NCBI GenBank assembly: GCA_002269645.1
Contig: NIVC01000099.1
Span: 372,001 to 436,000 of the forward strand
Source: Macrostomum lignano
Lineage: Eukaryota
Direction: 5' to 3'
Length of the DNA stretch: 64,000 nt
In this document: positions 10,860 to 45,217 of the stretch, in pieces
Layout: every line of letters starts with the position of its first letter
Numbering within the stretch: the stretch's first letter is position 1
Made by a program: the position numbers and the translations under genes
The notes under the pieces: model-generated
What the model saw: the letters and a program-made list of their open reading frames with translations, nothing else
Told to the model about the DNA's origin: nothing
Database searches by the model: none

Positions 10860-12973
10860 AATGCAAACATAGTGAGCGACAGAAGCCAAGACTAAGTTTT
10901 AAGAACTGCATCTTAGGAATGAAGGTTGGCTCTAACAGTGCTTAGGCAGTAGTTAAGGAGTCTTAGAAGTTCACTTTTCTTGACGGAAATCCTAGTGATA
11001 TGAGGAAGGTCTGTGCTGTTGCGTGTGTGAAATGAATACACAGAGTTGAAAGACACTGGGCAGAGATATTCATTCCGCATCTGTCGAAAGCAAGACTATC
11101 TTTAATTTACGATTTTCATCTTGTTGATTAAAGATCCCGGAGGTTTTCTGGTCGTTAATGTAGGCGTTGATGCGGAAACGAATTTGGCTGACCGGTCGGC
11201 GACTTAATTGCGGAGTAACTAGGGGAAAAATTCGCAAAAAGTGTGTCAGCAAATCTGCCAGCGATTGCAGCCGGTGAATGATGATTTAACTGTCATAAAA
11301 GAGGTTCTTTTTCCCGAATCACCGTTTCAAGACGGATAGCCGTACTGTCTGTTGCCGCGAGAGAAAGGACACAACGCGGGGCTTATTACGGCTGAGGCAA
11401 AAAATCATACCCAACGGCTTTGCTGGCTGAAATTTTATAAAAAGATTTCCATAGCACCGGCCCGCACTGTGGGGTCGGTGATTGCCGATCTGCAGCAATC
11501 TGAAGGCCCAGCCCGCAGGGACAGTGTAGCGCAGGGCATAAACACTGCACAATCAAGTCAGATGCGCTGGCGAAGGAGAAACTCTGGACACTAAAAATGA
11601 ATCGAGAATGGAGGCTGTATGGCAAGGCTGCCCCCTGCGCATGTGGGCGAAACACAGGCTAACCATGAGGCACGCAATGACCGCCATGCGGTAGACAGCT
11701 GAGCCGCCCAAAGACGGTTGGCATGAAACTGTTTTTAAAGAAATCAATTTCACTCGGAATGTTCCAGATGTCTGCGCGAACACCGGTTCTTCCATGTCAA
11801 ACCATACCCCTGGTTTAGTCCAGCCCACTACCAAATCAACGAAAGAATCGGAGAGCCAGCGACCGACTCCAAGAGAAGAGAAGCGATTGAGACAGCAAGA
11901 AAACACGAAAAACAGATGCTCAAATTTCGCTTTGAAGTGCGCGGCCCGTCTGCGAAGAAAGAGAAGGAGAAAAATAAACGGAGGAAAGCCGGGTAAGGAA
12001 ACAGACGGCCGCTGCTCTCTCACAGTCCAGCCAGCTGTGCCGGGTAGCAGGGCTGTGTGCTGCTGCTGCTGCCCACCCCGAACCCAAATAGAGGAGGCGC
12101 ATGCATCTGGCCGGCTCTGCCCGCCTCACTCCCTTGATTTCTAGAGAGACTTCTCCTTTCCACTGAGCTGGGACACTGCAGCACAGAGCAGCAGCAGCAG
12201 AGGCGGAGCATATCCCGCAGCTGTTGCTTCTATCTTAACGAGTGGAAGTGCTGAGTCGCCGCTAAATTTCGAGGGGCTCTAAAAGGGTGCTCGTTAAAAT
12301 CGAGATTGATAGACAGAATTCCTGTCTTTAATCCTGTCTTTGTAGAGACAAAGAACAACCGAGTGCCATAAAGTAGCCCCCTACCGACTTAAAAAAGGAG
12401 CTTTGAATAATTGAACAGGACTAGAATGAATCCAGAGAAAGGCTGAGTGTGGTCCTTGGCCAAGAAAATTGGAATTGGTAAACGGTCCATGACGTTTTGA
12501 GCAAACAGAAATCTCGTATTGCCTGTGTAATTAATGAAGAGAAAACTCTGACTATCTTGACTAGAAAGTGCACAGACAATATTCATAATTAGCTCATTTT
12601 TCAGTGATTTGCTCACAACGCCAGGCTCTAGGCAGCGGTAGATGAATCCTACCGTGCGAAATCTCATGGCAGGAGACACGAAATTCGCATACTTCGGTTC
12701 TATGGCTGGAGATGAGAGATTTGAGGAGTGAGAGTAGAGCACATGCGGTGTGGATAGAGCAGGTGTGGACTGTTTGGCAGAGAAAAGGAGTGGGGTAGAG
12801 CAGAGAATGTGGGGCAGAGCGGGGGAGTGTGGGGTAGAGTTGGGGAGTGTGGGGTAGAGCTGAGGAGTGTGGGGTAGAACAGTGACGCCGTGGGAGGCAA
12901 GCTGCTGTAAAATCAGCCAGGCAACCATCAAAGGAACAGAAAAGACAGGTATTTCATAAAGAAAACATTTTGT

Positions 12974-13263
12974 CAATCTATCACCCTGTCTATTAACCTG
13001 TCCATCAACCTGTCTATCACCCTGTCTATTAACCTGTCCATCAACCTGTCTATTAACCTGTCCATCAACCTGTCTATCAACCTGTCTATTAACCTGTCCA
13101 TCAACCTGTCTACTAACCTGTATATTAAGCTGTCCATCAACCTGTCTATCAACCCGTCTATTAACCTGTCCATCAACTTGCCTACTAACCTGTCTTTTAA
13201 CCTGTCTATCAACCTGTCTATCACTCTGTCTATCAACCTGTCCATCAACCTGTCTATCACTGT
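12974..13263. repeat. 12-bp tandem repeat AACCTGTC(T/C)AT(C/T)
   Basis: Read directly; it explains the spurious IDRL/MDRL ORF. Confidence 0.92.
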
Positions 13264-13927
13264 CTAACTATTTATCTGTATCTAGAGTGCTATCAATATC
13301 CCGAACCCTGATGAAGCTTCCAGCTGCACATACCAGTGTGAGGGTCCGTTGACATGCCACAGCAGATCACAGCAGTCCAACTGCTTTATTACCAGATCCA
13401 AACGAAAAAAACGTTCAAGGTTCAGAAGTTCAGTGCAGCCTCTGAACCCAAGTCAATTTACGCGAATCAAAAAAGTTATAACGAGGATAAAAAGAAGCTG
13501 CGCGGTCCTCTGTGGAGGGTGAAAATGGATATCCTTTTTCTCCCGTTTCTTCCTTTGCGGCCCCTCCATCCCCAGAGTCGCCAGCCAATCAGTTGGCCGC
13601 GGCACAAGTTCGACAGAGAGAGGGACGTCTGACCCGGCATCGATAAAACTCCTTGTGCGCCTTCTCCCGCTTTTAACCAATTCTAAACTGCGCTGGCTCT
13701 GCATCTTGTCCATCAAGCTTCTTCCCCTAGCCGTGTGTGAAAGGATCAAGTTTTGACCTTTATGGGCTGCGAAGAATCTGCACGACACGGAATTCCCGGA
13801 AATAACTTTGCCGGTTATTTTTTTCATGAAATTTCATACTTGCAGATGAAGTCAGCCAAGAGGGAGGCGGAAGTTCTGGAGGCGAGGATGTCAAATAATG
13901 GATTTAGAAAAGCAATGTTTTTTGACG

Positions 13928-14160
13928 CACATGCAGTTTGAGTCATAGGCAGTCTGGCTCACATGCAGTTTGAGTCATAGGCAGTCCGGCTCACATGCAG
14001 TTTGAGTCATAGGCAGTCCGGCTCACATGCAGTTTGAGTCATAGGCAGTCCGGCTCACATGCAGTTTGAGTCATAGGCAGTCCGGCTCACATGCAGTTTG
14101 AGTCATAGGCAGTCTGGCTCACATGCAGTGAGTCAGAAATAGTCTAGATCACATGCATTT
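13928..14160. repeat. 32-bp tandem repeat CACATGCAGTTTGAGTCATAGGCAGTCCGGCT
   Basis: About 6-7 copies, degenerating at the right end. Confidence 0.93.
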
Positions 14161-15144
14161 TGAGTCACGACATCCTATATTTCAGAGTCAGAGGGCAATG
14201 AAAATTCTCGCAAAAAATTTCCAACCAAAATTCGCAGTTCAAATATAATCCGATATTCTTGGCGAGGCTCAGATGACTCAGAGAGCAAATTGACTGTTGC
14301 GCTTTCATAATTTCCTGTTGTTGATTCTATCGGTCTGCAGCGCTGTCGCCTCTGCGCTGCAAAACAAAATACTTCCTTAGTGAGACTCTTTTTTCAGCAT
14401 TTCGCCCGGTGCAGCTGTGTAAGGTTCACAATCTCATAGACTTCCCTACCCAAGGAAAGGGTGCTTCCTGCTTCACTCCGTCATTAATTGAGCCATCAAA
14501 CGATACAACTGATGTGCAAAGTGACATGCAAATCAAATAGTACATTTTCAATGCAATTACATGTCTCATAGGACTTTTCATTGCATACAGAAAATAAAGG
14601 GTCATTGATGGATCATGGACGAGTTGAGGTTTAGTTTGCAGGACAAAATTTTGAAGAGCCCAAGTCCAGGTCCAAGTCGGAAACGGGATCCAGTCCGGGT
14701 CTTAATGGGCGATGTGCATCAAGTTGAGTGCGATGGTGCGATGTGCAGTCAGTATTTTGCAAGTGAGCTCCTGCTAAATCCTTGTAGACCCAGCTGCAGT
14801 CATGCCGCAGTCCCCCAGCACTCAGTTTCGTGTGACAGCTCAATTGGGCTAATCTGCTGCTCTCATATCGATGATGTCCAGTTCTGAGGGGGCAACCAAA
14901 GCTCAGAGCCCCTGTTTGTCATTCACAGTCACGCTGGGAGCAAGTGAAGGAGGGACAGCTGAAGTCTCTGTGATTGATAATCTCGGGGAATGAGACAGCT
15001 GCTCACGGACTGACAGATGGGACGGGGCTCGGGTTCGAGTGCGCAAGAGACTGGTTTGAGAAGATTTTGGGAAGCATTTGGTTGAGAGAGTAGCTATTTC
15101 TTGGTACTCTTAAAGACACTGAGACATGGGAGACAGTAAGACAG

Positions 15145-17204
15145 GCCCTGGGATTCCGGGGCACGCACGAGTACCTTACCCCCTGGATCATGTACATGGT
15201 CTCCTATCGTACTGCCACCTCCCACCTCCTGGGACACTCCCGCTCTGTGGAGGTCCAGAAAGGTGCACCGCAAGGTGGAGTCCTCAGCCCGATTCTCTGG
15301 AACTTGGTCATGGACGAGCTGCTTTGCAGCCCGCATCCGGATCCAGTTCAGAAGGTCGGCTATGCGGACGATGTTACCGCCACTGTGGCTGGACCATCAC
15401 CCGCGGTCCTCAGGGACCTCCTCCAAGCCTTCAGCCACCGTGACGAGCGCTGGGCATATAGCTGCGGTCTCAGGTTCTCTGAGTCTAAAACCGTGGCTAT
15501 CATGTTCACCAGCCGCCGAAACTGGAGGATCGAACCGCTCTTCCTCTATGGCAAACCTGTTGCCATGGAGAACCGAACCAGATGTATGGGCGTCACCCTC
15601 GACCACAGGTTGAGCTGGACCCCACACGTCCAAACCAAAGCCCGCAAAGCTTTCGCGACTCTCGCGCAGATCCGCAGAGCTTTCGGTGCTACCTGGGGCC
15701 TCACCCCGCCGCCTCTGGTGATTTACACTGCCATTGTTAGACCGACCATCTCCTTCGCCGGCTTCATTTGAAACAGTGCCCTAAAGGTGAAAGGGGTTCT
15801 TGAGGTTCTAAATAGGGTGCAAGGCCGCGCTTGTCGAGCTATCATGAGCGCGGCTCCCTCTACGCCCTTTGCTGGCATGAACTCCTTCCTGGACATTCCC
15901 AACCTTAAGCTCTTTGTCAGAGGGGAGGCAATGAAAACCACCCGTCGTCTGCTTGACGCGGGTGTCCAAATCCAGAAGCAGTTCGCCTTCAGAAAGCGGA
16001 ACCTCCAGCCGCACGGCGACCTCAGCCTGCGAGACCTGGAAGCAGCGAGAGGTCTGCTGACCCTCTCGGACGGAATCCCGTCCACGCTCTGCCCTTCGCT
16101 CAAATTCAAAACCAGCATTCCACCACGTCATGAAGCAAGGGACAACTGGAAATACCGTGAAATCCACTGCTTCACTGACGGGTCCCAAATCAACTCCGCC
16201 TCTGACTACGGCTACTGCATCGCGTTTGGAGGGAGAACTGTGGCGACCTTCTCCCAGCACACCGGCACCTGCTCCACCGTCTTCCAGAACGAAGTTCTCG
16301 CCACCAGCTCCTGTGCCATTGAGCTGTACAATCAGTGAGTCTGAGGGAAAGAGATTTCCCTCCACTTTAACAGTCAAGTCCACGCCCTTGAGCGCACCAC
16401 CACCTGCTCGCGTACAGTCCTTGACTTCAACGGGCAGCTCAACCGCTTAGACGCCTCTAACAAGGTGTCCCTAAGGTGGATCCCCGGGCACTCGGACCAC
16501 CCCGGAAACGAGTCTAGCCAAGGCTGTCTCGACCGGTTCTTTTACTGGTCCCCTGCCCGTGGCCCCCACCCCTGCCACCGTTGTCATCACTCAGATCAAC
16601 CAGTGGGTGGGAGAGGTGGGCTAATGCCCCCGACTCCACCACGCACCCTGTCGGCAATCCTGCGTCGCGGTCCCCCGTCCTTCCTTCGCCTCAACCGGAC
16701 TCAAACGCAGGGACATCAGGGCGGTGACATGGACTGTTTAAACAGAAAAGTGTAGTGGAGAGCATCAACGCTTAAAATACGGCTAAACTTTCTAAATATG
16801 TCTCCGGTCATGGCTGTTTTGCCAGGCATCGTCAACTCCAGGAAAAATCAGCAGTGAGGAGGCCCATTCTGCCTCTCCGGTGTCGAGAATGCGGAGCACT
16901 TCCGGAGCACTTCATCTGTGAATGCCCCGCCTTTACTCAGGACAGGCTCACCTACCTCGGCGCTAACCCGGACCTCTCCGACGTTTTCAGACCTGAGAAC
17001 CTCTGCCAGTTCGTCCGCTACCGGGCGAGCGACAATCCACCTCCTGGACTCTCCGGAAAGGAACCGCGCTGCGGACACCGGCACCACCGGATCTCCCTGC
17101 GCGACACCGCAGCACCAGCTGCCCGTGGTCACCGGGGGTTAGCCGAATGGGCGGCAACGCCTCCTCGCTGCATCCGGATGCACGGAGCCCCTTGCATCTA
17201 AGTC
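15145..17204 (+). mobile_element. 5'-truncated, degenerate non-LTR retrotransposon with RT, RNase H and a C-terminal Cys/His motif (LOA/I/R1-group-like)
   Basis: RT motifs GAPQGGVLSPILWNLVMDELL, GYADD and MGVTLDHRLSW (15190-15771). An in-frame TGA is followed by the same frame continuing into RNase H (CFTDGS, TVFQNEVLA), then frameshifted SLRWIPGHSDHPGNE and CRECGALPEHFICECPAF. Candidate TSD AAGACAG at 15138-15144 and 17205-17211. Clade is inferred. Confidence 0.9.
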
Positions 17205-17239
17205 AAGACAGCAAGAAATGAAAGACAATGTGACTTGAG

Positions 17240-17592
17240 AGAAAGTGCGACACACGAGACAGTATGATATAAGAGACAGTAAGGAATGAGAGACAGTAAG
17301 ACATGAAAGGCAGTGAGACATGAAAGGCAGTGAGACATGAAAGGCAGTGAGACATGAAAGGAAGTGAGACATGAAAGGCAGTGAGACATGAAAGGCAGTG
17401 AGACATGAAAGGCAGTGAGACATGAAAGGCAGTGAGACATGAAAGACAGTGAGACATGAAAGGCAGTGAGACATGAAAGGCAGCGAGACATGAAAGACGA
17501 GAGACAGTAAGACATGTGAGACATGAGAGACCGTGAAATATGAAAGACAGTGAGACATCAGAGACAGCAAGACATGAGATACAGTGAGACAT
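17240..17592. repeat. 17-bp satellite GAGACATGAAAGGCAGT
   Basis: Read directly; related sequence at 15117-15144 on the other side of the LINE. Confidence 0.92.
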
Positions 17593-18066
17593 TACGAGCT
17601 AAGTACAGTCCAGCAGAGAAGATAGAAGCTTATATTGCAGCAATCATTATGCTGGTGCATAGCTCAAAAGTTTTTCACATTGTTCAATTGTATTTCTAAC
17701 TGAAAGCAAAACCTTTACAAAAGAATTCGAACATCAGGCGCTGAAATCGATGTTTAGCAATTTGCTAAACTCAACAGAGCAGGGCTAAAATCTCGCGCGA
17801 TAGCGCGATTGGACCAGCGTACTTTTGCTTTGATGTTGCACGAACGAGTGTGCAATCAATATAAATTGTACTATCAGTATAAATTGTACAGTTGTTGCAG
17901 TGGACATGGCGGCGTGCTGATTTAAACAAAAAATCGAATAGCTCGTACTCAAGATATGGCAAACTTTTTTATATACTGTTTGGAATAATAACATTGTAGA
18001 GCTTGTTGGACGCTATAGACGTTAGGCTGAAAACTATTCGCGAAATTGTGAGTAGTAGGGATTCGG

Positions 18067-18067
<1 letters not shown>

Positions 18068-18098
<31 letters not shown>

Positions 18099-18101
18099 GG
18101 C

Positions 18102-18131
<30 letters not shown>
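18068..18131. repeat. (GACA)n microsatellite just after the protocadherin stop codon (3' UTR)
   Basis: Read directly. Confidence 0.9.
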
Positions 18132-18132
<1 letters not shown>

Positions 18133-18137
18133 GACTG

Positions 18138-39679
<21,542 letters not shown>

Positions 39680-39806
39680 CCCTGTTGCAACCGATCGAGC
39701 TTGGCCGATTTTCGTGGCGGTTGCTTCAGTCCGAGCCTGCCAGAGTCGGCGTGGAGTTTCAGGATGGTGAGGCAGTTTTGTAAGACACTCCCATTGGCTT
39801 TCGGGG

Positions 39807-39816
39807 CTTTTATATA
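39807..39816 (-). promoter_or_regulatory. Candidate TATA box (TATATAAAAG) about 130 bp upstream of the protocadherin ATG
   Basis: Motif match and position only; no TSS data. Confidence 0.35.
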
Positions 39817-40162
39817 AGACAGACGAGGGAGAGCGGGGAGGGCGAGAAGAAGCTGGCTGCGCCCGTCGCCATCAGCCCAATCCCGCAGCTGTGCCAGCGG
39901 GGGGTCGCGAGCCCGGCAGATAAGCGGTTGCCGTCGACTCGAACTCTTGTCCGCCATCACTCCGCAGTTCACCCGAGCGGCAACAGAAAATCACAGAGAG
40001 CACTGCAGCTTTTAGCTTGCAGACTGCCTTGTCTTTAGCTTTCGATGCATTTGGCTGGCTATTTCTTGGAGAGCTCTTGACCTCTGCTTTTGTCCGCTGC
40101 TGCCGCTTGTCTTTACAGGCACTCATCTCACTGTGCCTTGAGGGCTGTCTCAGCTCCTCAGC

Positions 40163-40505
40163 TCTGAGATCTCTCTTTCAATCTCTTCTGAGATCTCTCT
40201 TTCAATCTCTTCTGAGATCTCTCTTTCAATCTCTCCTGAGATCTCTCTTTCAATCTCTTCTTGAGATCTCTCTTTCAATCTCTCCTGAGATCTCCCTTTC
40301 AATCTCTTCTGAGATCTCTCTTTCAATCTCTCCTGAGATCTCTCTTTCAATCTCTCCTTGAGATCTCTCTTTCAATCTCTTCTGAGATCTCTCTTTCGAT
40401 CTCTTCTGAGATCTCTCTTTCAATCTCTCCTTGAGATCTCTCTTTCAATCTCTCCTTGAGATCTCTCTTTCAATCTCTCCTTGAGATCTCTCTTTCAATC
40501 TCTCA
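40163..40505. repeat. 24/25-bp repeat GAGATCTCTCTTTCAATCTCT(T/C)CT
   Basis: Read directly. Confidence 0.93.
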
Positions 40506-40989
40506 GAATAGCCCTCCCATTCCATGAGATTAATTTTTGTACAACACTGTATTGTACTTGGGCTGGGCACTCGAACCGACCCGGGTTACGACAATACCAC
40601 AAAAGTTTTACATTACTTCTGTTGATAAAGAGTGGAGAGCAAGCCTCAGCATTCATTTCGCACTAATTTGCCTCTGCATATTTTGCAGGTGCTTTCGCCA
40701 AGCCTGTAATTATCTAAGAAGGTAAACCAGTAACCAGAAGCTTGCGGAGTTTGCGCGGCCGTTCCGAGTCTTGGGAATTTTATCCCTGTTCTTAGCGGAC
40801 CCTCAGTAGATGGAAATTAAAAGGAAAAATCAAAGGTAAACACGATATCTCAGACGCTGAGCTCTTTTTCTGTTTCGATTTCTGTCTTTCCACCTCCGCT
40901 GCTTTTTGTCTGGCCGATACTCTGCTCTTTGTCTGCTTTCGTCTGCCTGTTTGCTTTGACTCACCGTCTTCCAGAGTTTGTTTTCCTTC

Positions 40990-41990
40990 TTTATCTCTCT
41001 CTATCTCGCCCTAACTTCCCCATCTTCCCTCTCTTCCCCTCTCTTCACCTCTCTCCCCGGCCCTCTCTTCTCTCTCTCTTCCCTCTCTTCTCTCTCTATC
41101 TCGCTTTAACTCCCCCATCTTCCCTCTCTTCCCCTCTCTTCACCTCTCTCCCCGGCCCTCTCTTTTCTCTCTCTTCCCTCTCTTCTCTCTCTTCCTTCAC
41201 TACCCTTCTCTTCACCTCTCTTCCCCTCTTTCCCCTCTCTTCCCCTCTCTTCCCCTCTCTTCCCCTCTCTTCCCCTCTCTTCCCTCTCTTCTCCTCTCTT
41301 CCCCTCTCTTCCCCTCTCTTCCCTCTCTTCTCTCTCTATCTCGCCCTAACTTCCCCATCTTCCCTCTCTTCCCCTCTCTTCACCTCTCTCCCCGGCCCTC
41401 TCTTCTCTCTCTCTTCCCTCTCTTCTCTCTCTATCTCGTCCTAACTTCCCCATCTTCCCTCTCTTCCCCTCTCTTCACCTCTCTCCCCGGCCCTCTCTTC
41501 TTTCTCTTCCTTCACTACTTTTCTCTTCACCTCTCTCCCCTCTCTTCCCCTGTCTTCCCCTCTCTTCCCTCTCTTCCCCTCTCTTCTACTCTCTTCCCTC
41601 TCTTCCCTCTCTTCCCCTCTTTCCCCTCTCTTCCCTCTCTCCCCCTCTCTTCCCTATCTTCCCCTCTTTCCCCTCTCTTCCCTCTCTTCCCCTCTCTTCC
41701 CTCTCTTCCCCTCTCTTCCCTCTCTTCCCCTCTTTCCCCTCTCTCCCCCTCTCTCCCCTCTCTTCCCCTCTCTCCCCTCTCTTCCCCTCTCTTCTCTCTC
41801 TTCCCCTCTCTCCCATCTCTCCCATCTCTTCCCTCTCTTCCCCTCTCTTCTCTCTCTTCTCTCTCTTTCAACTCTTCTCATTCTTCCCCTCTCTCCCATC
41901 TCTGCCATCTCTTCCCCTCTCTTCTCTTTCTTCTCTCTCTTTCAATTCTTCTCTCTTTCTTCACTACCCCTTCTCTTCTTCCTCTCTTCC
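40990..41990. repeat. CT-rich low-complexity array containing a longer recurring block (CTCGCCCTAACTTCCCCATCTTCCCTCTC..., about 4 copies)
   Basis: Read directly. Confidence 0.88.
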
Positions 41991-44294
41991 CATCGCTCCC
42001 CCCTCTTCACCTCATTACCCACTCTCTAGTAAAAAATGCAAAGAAATTGTTTTACATAAATAAGGAAGTCAGTCGAAGAACAAAGACTGCAATCTCAAAC
42101 ACTGAGTCCTCTACAATTCGGTGATTGACACGGCAGGACTCAGTGAAGGAGGAAGGAAGCTGCTTGAAGATGGTGAAAGTGATGCAGGACCGCGGCCCGG
42201 AGGACAGAGGCTGGCGAAAGCTGCGAATCCAAGAGTGAGGGGCAGAAAAACTTACAATAAATCGACTTTTCTTGTTTGGATCCATTTTTTCTCACGGCAG
42301 AAGGTGTTAATTAACAAGGGTGTGGCGGCTGCTAGCAGGGGGGGTGTTAGAAGCGCGAAGGTGGGGGCTGAGAGGCCAGCGGCTTGAGTCCCGATAATGC
42401 CGACCTGCTCGGGCACTGGCGGAGTATCGGCTTTTTGCCTTCCTTCTAATGCTCCCCTTTAGGGAGAAAATATTCTGGGGAGTTAAGGGGGTGGGGAATT
42501 TGATCCTCAGACCGTGGGGGCTTGAGCTGCGCTGAGCAGGTTTTGCGGAACCCCTGAAGTGGGTAAAAAACTGCCTCTGGCAAACAGAATAAGTGCGGCA
42601 GCTTTTTCACAATGAAGTCGAAGTAAATCCTATAGGGGGGGGGGCAGGGCGCGCCAGCTTCAAGACAGCTCGGTGCTTCCCAGCCGGGATTCGAAGTCCT
42701 GAGCCCGAGTATCTCCTGCGCCGTAATGGTCTATTTAAGTCTTGAGTACAATGCTCTGAGCAGCTTTGCTCTTCTATCTGCTCAGGCATCAGCTGCCCCA
42801 TCATTATCTGTGTGGGTGGAAGGACTTCTCGGCCATCCTTTTTTAAAGATTCTGAGCGACGAACTGAGCAGTTTCTCGAGTTCAAAGAGAGCAGTCATTA
42901 GGACTGCGGGCAATTATTTGTAAGGAATCTCCTGGCTTTTTGTGCAAGAGAAGTTTGCAAATAACTTTAGAGGCCTGTAGCAGAGTAGAGGCAGCTCACC
43001 ATGATGCCGGAAACACTTTGAGAGTCTGCAGCAGAGCAGAAATTGCTACTGGCAGATCGGGGGCGAAGTCCGCGGTTCGAATCCAGCACCCAAGCAGTTT
43101 AACCTGAGCCCTGCTGAGCATCAGCAGTATAAGTAACAGACACTCCCAAGCATGGCTGAGCCGCCTGTCACAGTGCGGCCAATCAAAACTGCCCCGTGAG
43201 GCCGGTGGCAGAGCTGTGAGGTGAGAGAGAGAGCCGGTGGCGGGGGTCCATAGCGACCCGCTGCTCCCATTGCTCAAAGTTTTAGCCCCGGCAATTTTAT
43301 TGGGGATGGAGTTGAGCTGAGTGAGCCGCTGCTCATGATGACAAAATGGCCCGGCAGGATGGGGGGTGCTGGAGACAGCCGCGATCCCCCAGCATCTCCG
43401 TCCTCCGCCATCCCCCCGTCTCTCCGTGTGAATAATAATAATTTTTCATGAATTGCCCGGAGAGATCAGTGGGGATATTGGGGACTGGCTTGGGGGTGGC
43501 GAAACTTCTGCCCAAGTGGAAATGAAGAGCCGGACTGACGGCTTGGGAAATGCTTATTATCCAGTCTGTATTGATTTTTTTCCAAAAATCTTTTTATTCC
43601 TTTTCGAACTGCTCGCTTTGGCATTTGCGTGCCCCGACTGAGGTCCTGCACTCCTTGCTGCTCCTGCAGAACTCCAACCAGGCAAGGCACGGGGATTGCC
43701 ATCGTTTAGGGTTATTAACAAATGAGTTGGCGCCCTGCACCGCATATTTTATTTAACAGTCCACGCCGTGTTTGTGTAAATGAACTCAGCCGGACAATGG
43801 TGGATGGGGCTGGAGTGGGCAGCGGAGGCTGGGTGGTGGGGTGGGTGCGCAGAGTGCCATTCTGCTGGTAGCGGGGAGAGGCGCCCCACGCGCGCGCGCA
43901 GACTTCCCAGTGGGATGGGATAATTATGGAATTATCATCGCTCACGCGGGTTTTATGACAATTCAATTGTATGCTGGGCCCTGAGCTGAGGTGAGCATCC
44001 TTGATCTGCTTGCAGGCAATCGGCAGGTAACAGCGGTTTGCTTCTCATGGCCTTTAATTATCTGTTCAGGCATTTTTGCATCGGGGCGGCTTCGGGCTCT
44101 CAGTTTGCTATTTCATGTGAGCGGCAGTCCGCGGTGACTCAGCGCTGAGTAGCCTGCAAAATCAGCAACATTTTACACGCAGTTTGTGTAATATCTGTCA
44201 CAAGTTTTGGGGTGAGGATTCAGTTAATCGTTGCCACTATAGTTTCTTTATTTTATCCACTAACTGCAGGAACATTGTTTCAGCACACCTTAAG

Positions 44295-44700
44295 TCTACT
44301 TTGAGCAGACAAAAGCCTACTTTGAGCACACCTAAGCCTACTTTGAGCAGACAAAAGCCTACTTTGAGCACACCTAAGCCTACTTTGAGCACACCCAAGC
44401 CTACTTTGAGCACACTTAAACCTACTTTGAGCACACCTAAACCTACTTTGAGCACACCTTAGTCTACTTTGAGCACACCCAAGCCTACTTTGAGCACACT
44501 TAAACCTACTTTGAGCACACCTAAACCTACTTTGAGCACACCTAAACCTACTTTGAGCACACCTAAGCCTACTTTGAGCACACCTTAGTCTACTTTGAGC
44601 ACACCTAAACCTACTTTGAGCACACTTAAACCTACTTTGAGCACACTTCTGTCTACTTTAAGCACACCTTAGTCTACTTTGAGCACACCTAAACTGACTT
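44295..44700. repeat. 21-bp minisatellite CTACTTTGAGCACACCTAA(G/A)C
   Basis: Read directly. Confidence 0.94.
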
Positions 44701-44981
44701 TTGGCATTTATGAGTCGTCCACTTTGAGCATAGTTTGAGCACATTGAATATTCTCCATGCTGTTTAGTCCGAATCACACTTGAAGTCAAACAACAAGTCA
44801 ACCCATTGCACTCTGAAATCGAACCCACATCAACGTCGAATTTTCGTTATAATTAGAAATTCGATTTAAATTTTCCTTCCCAACGCGGCAGCAAATTTGA
44901 AATTTGAGTCGGGTTTCTTGATTAGTCGGACTCGGGTTTCGGGTGGACAAATGTCTTGTTGTTTCACACTTTGCTACTCAC

Positions 44982-45217
44982 AGTAGGCAGCTGTGCGAAA
45001 TTTCCCACCGTGTGAATAAATCCTAATTTATAGCTGTGTACTTGCAGTTGGCAATTCTAAGAACAGCAGCCCACCACCTGAGCCTGTCAATCAACTCGCG
45101 GAGTGGAGGGGAGAGCAGCGTTAACGAGCTGCACTGGCCAGTCTGGAATCCCTGTATTTGAGCAGCAATAAAGTGCTCAGGCAAATATTCATCGAGGTAG
45201 GCCTTCCAGTCAGCCAT
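44982..45217 (-). other. Possible divergent profilin-like coding segment (MADWKAYLDEYL...AAQIQG...), divergent from the CNBD gene
   Basis: By eye it resembles the profilin N-terminal MxxWxxYxD motif. A possible 55-nt intron lies at 45023-45077. The rest of the gene was not located. Confidence 0.3.

Noticed and set aside
11319-12023. Cluster of overlapping 77-156-aa ORFs
   Set aside because: No domain was recognised, and frames on both strands are equally plausible.
43050-43084. tRNA or SINE (GGTTCGAATCC B-box with an A-box-like motif)
   Set aside because: The A-to-B spacing is only about 13 nt and no cloverleaf can be folded.
43466-43702. ORF containing FLEKNQY as a possible profilin C-terminal exon
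   Set aside because: The resemblance is too short, the ORF continues past the expected stop, and I could not establish a phase-compatible junction to 44982.
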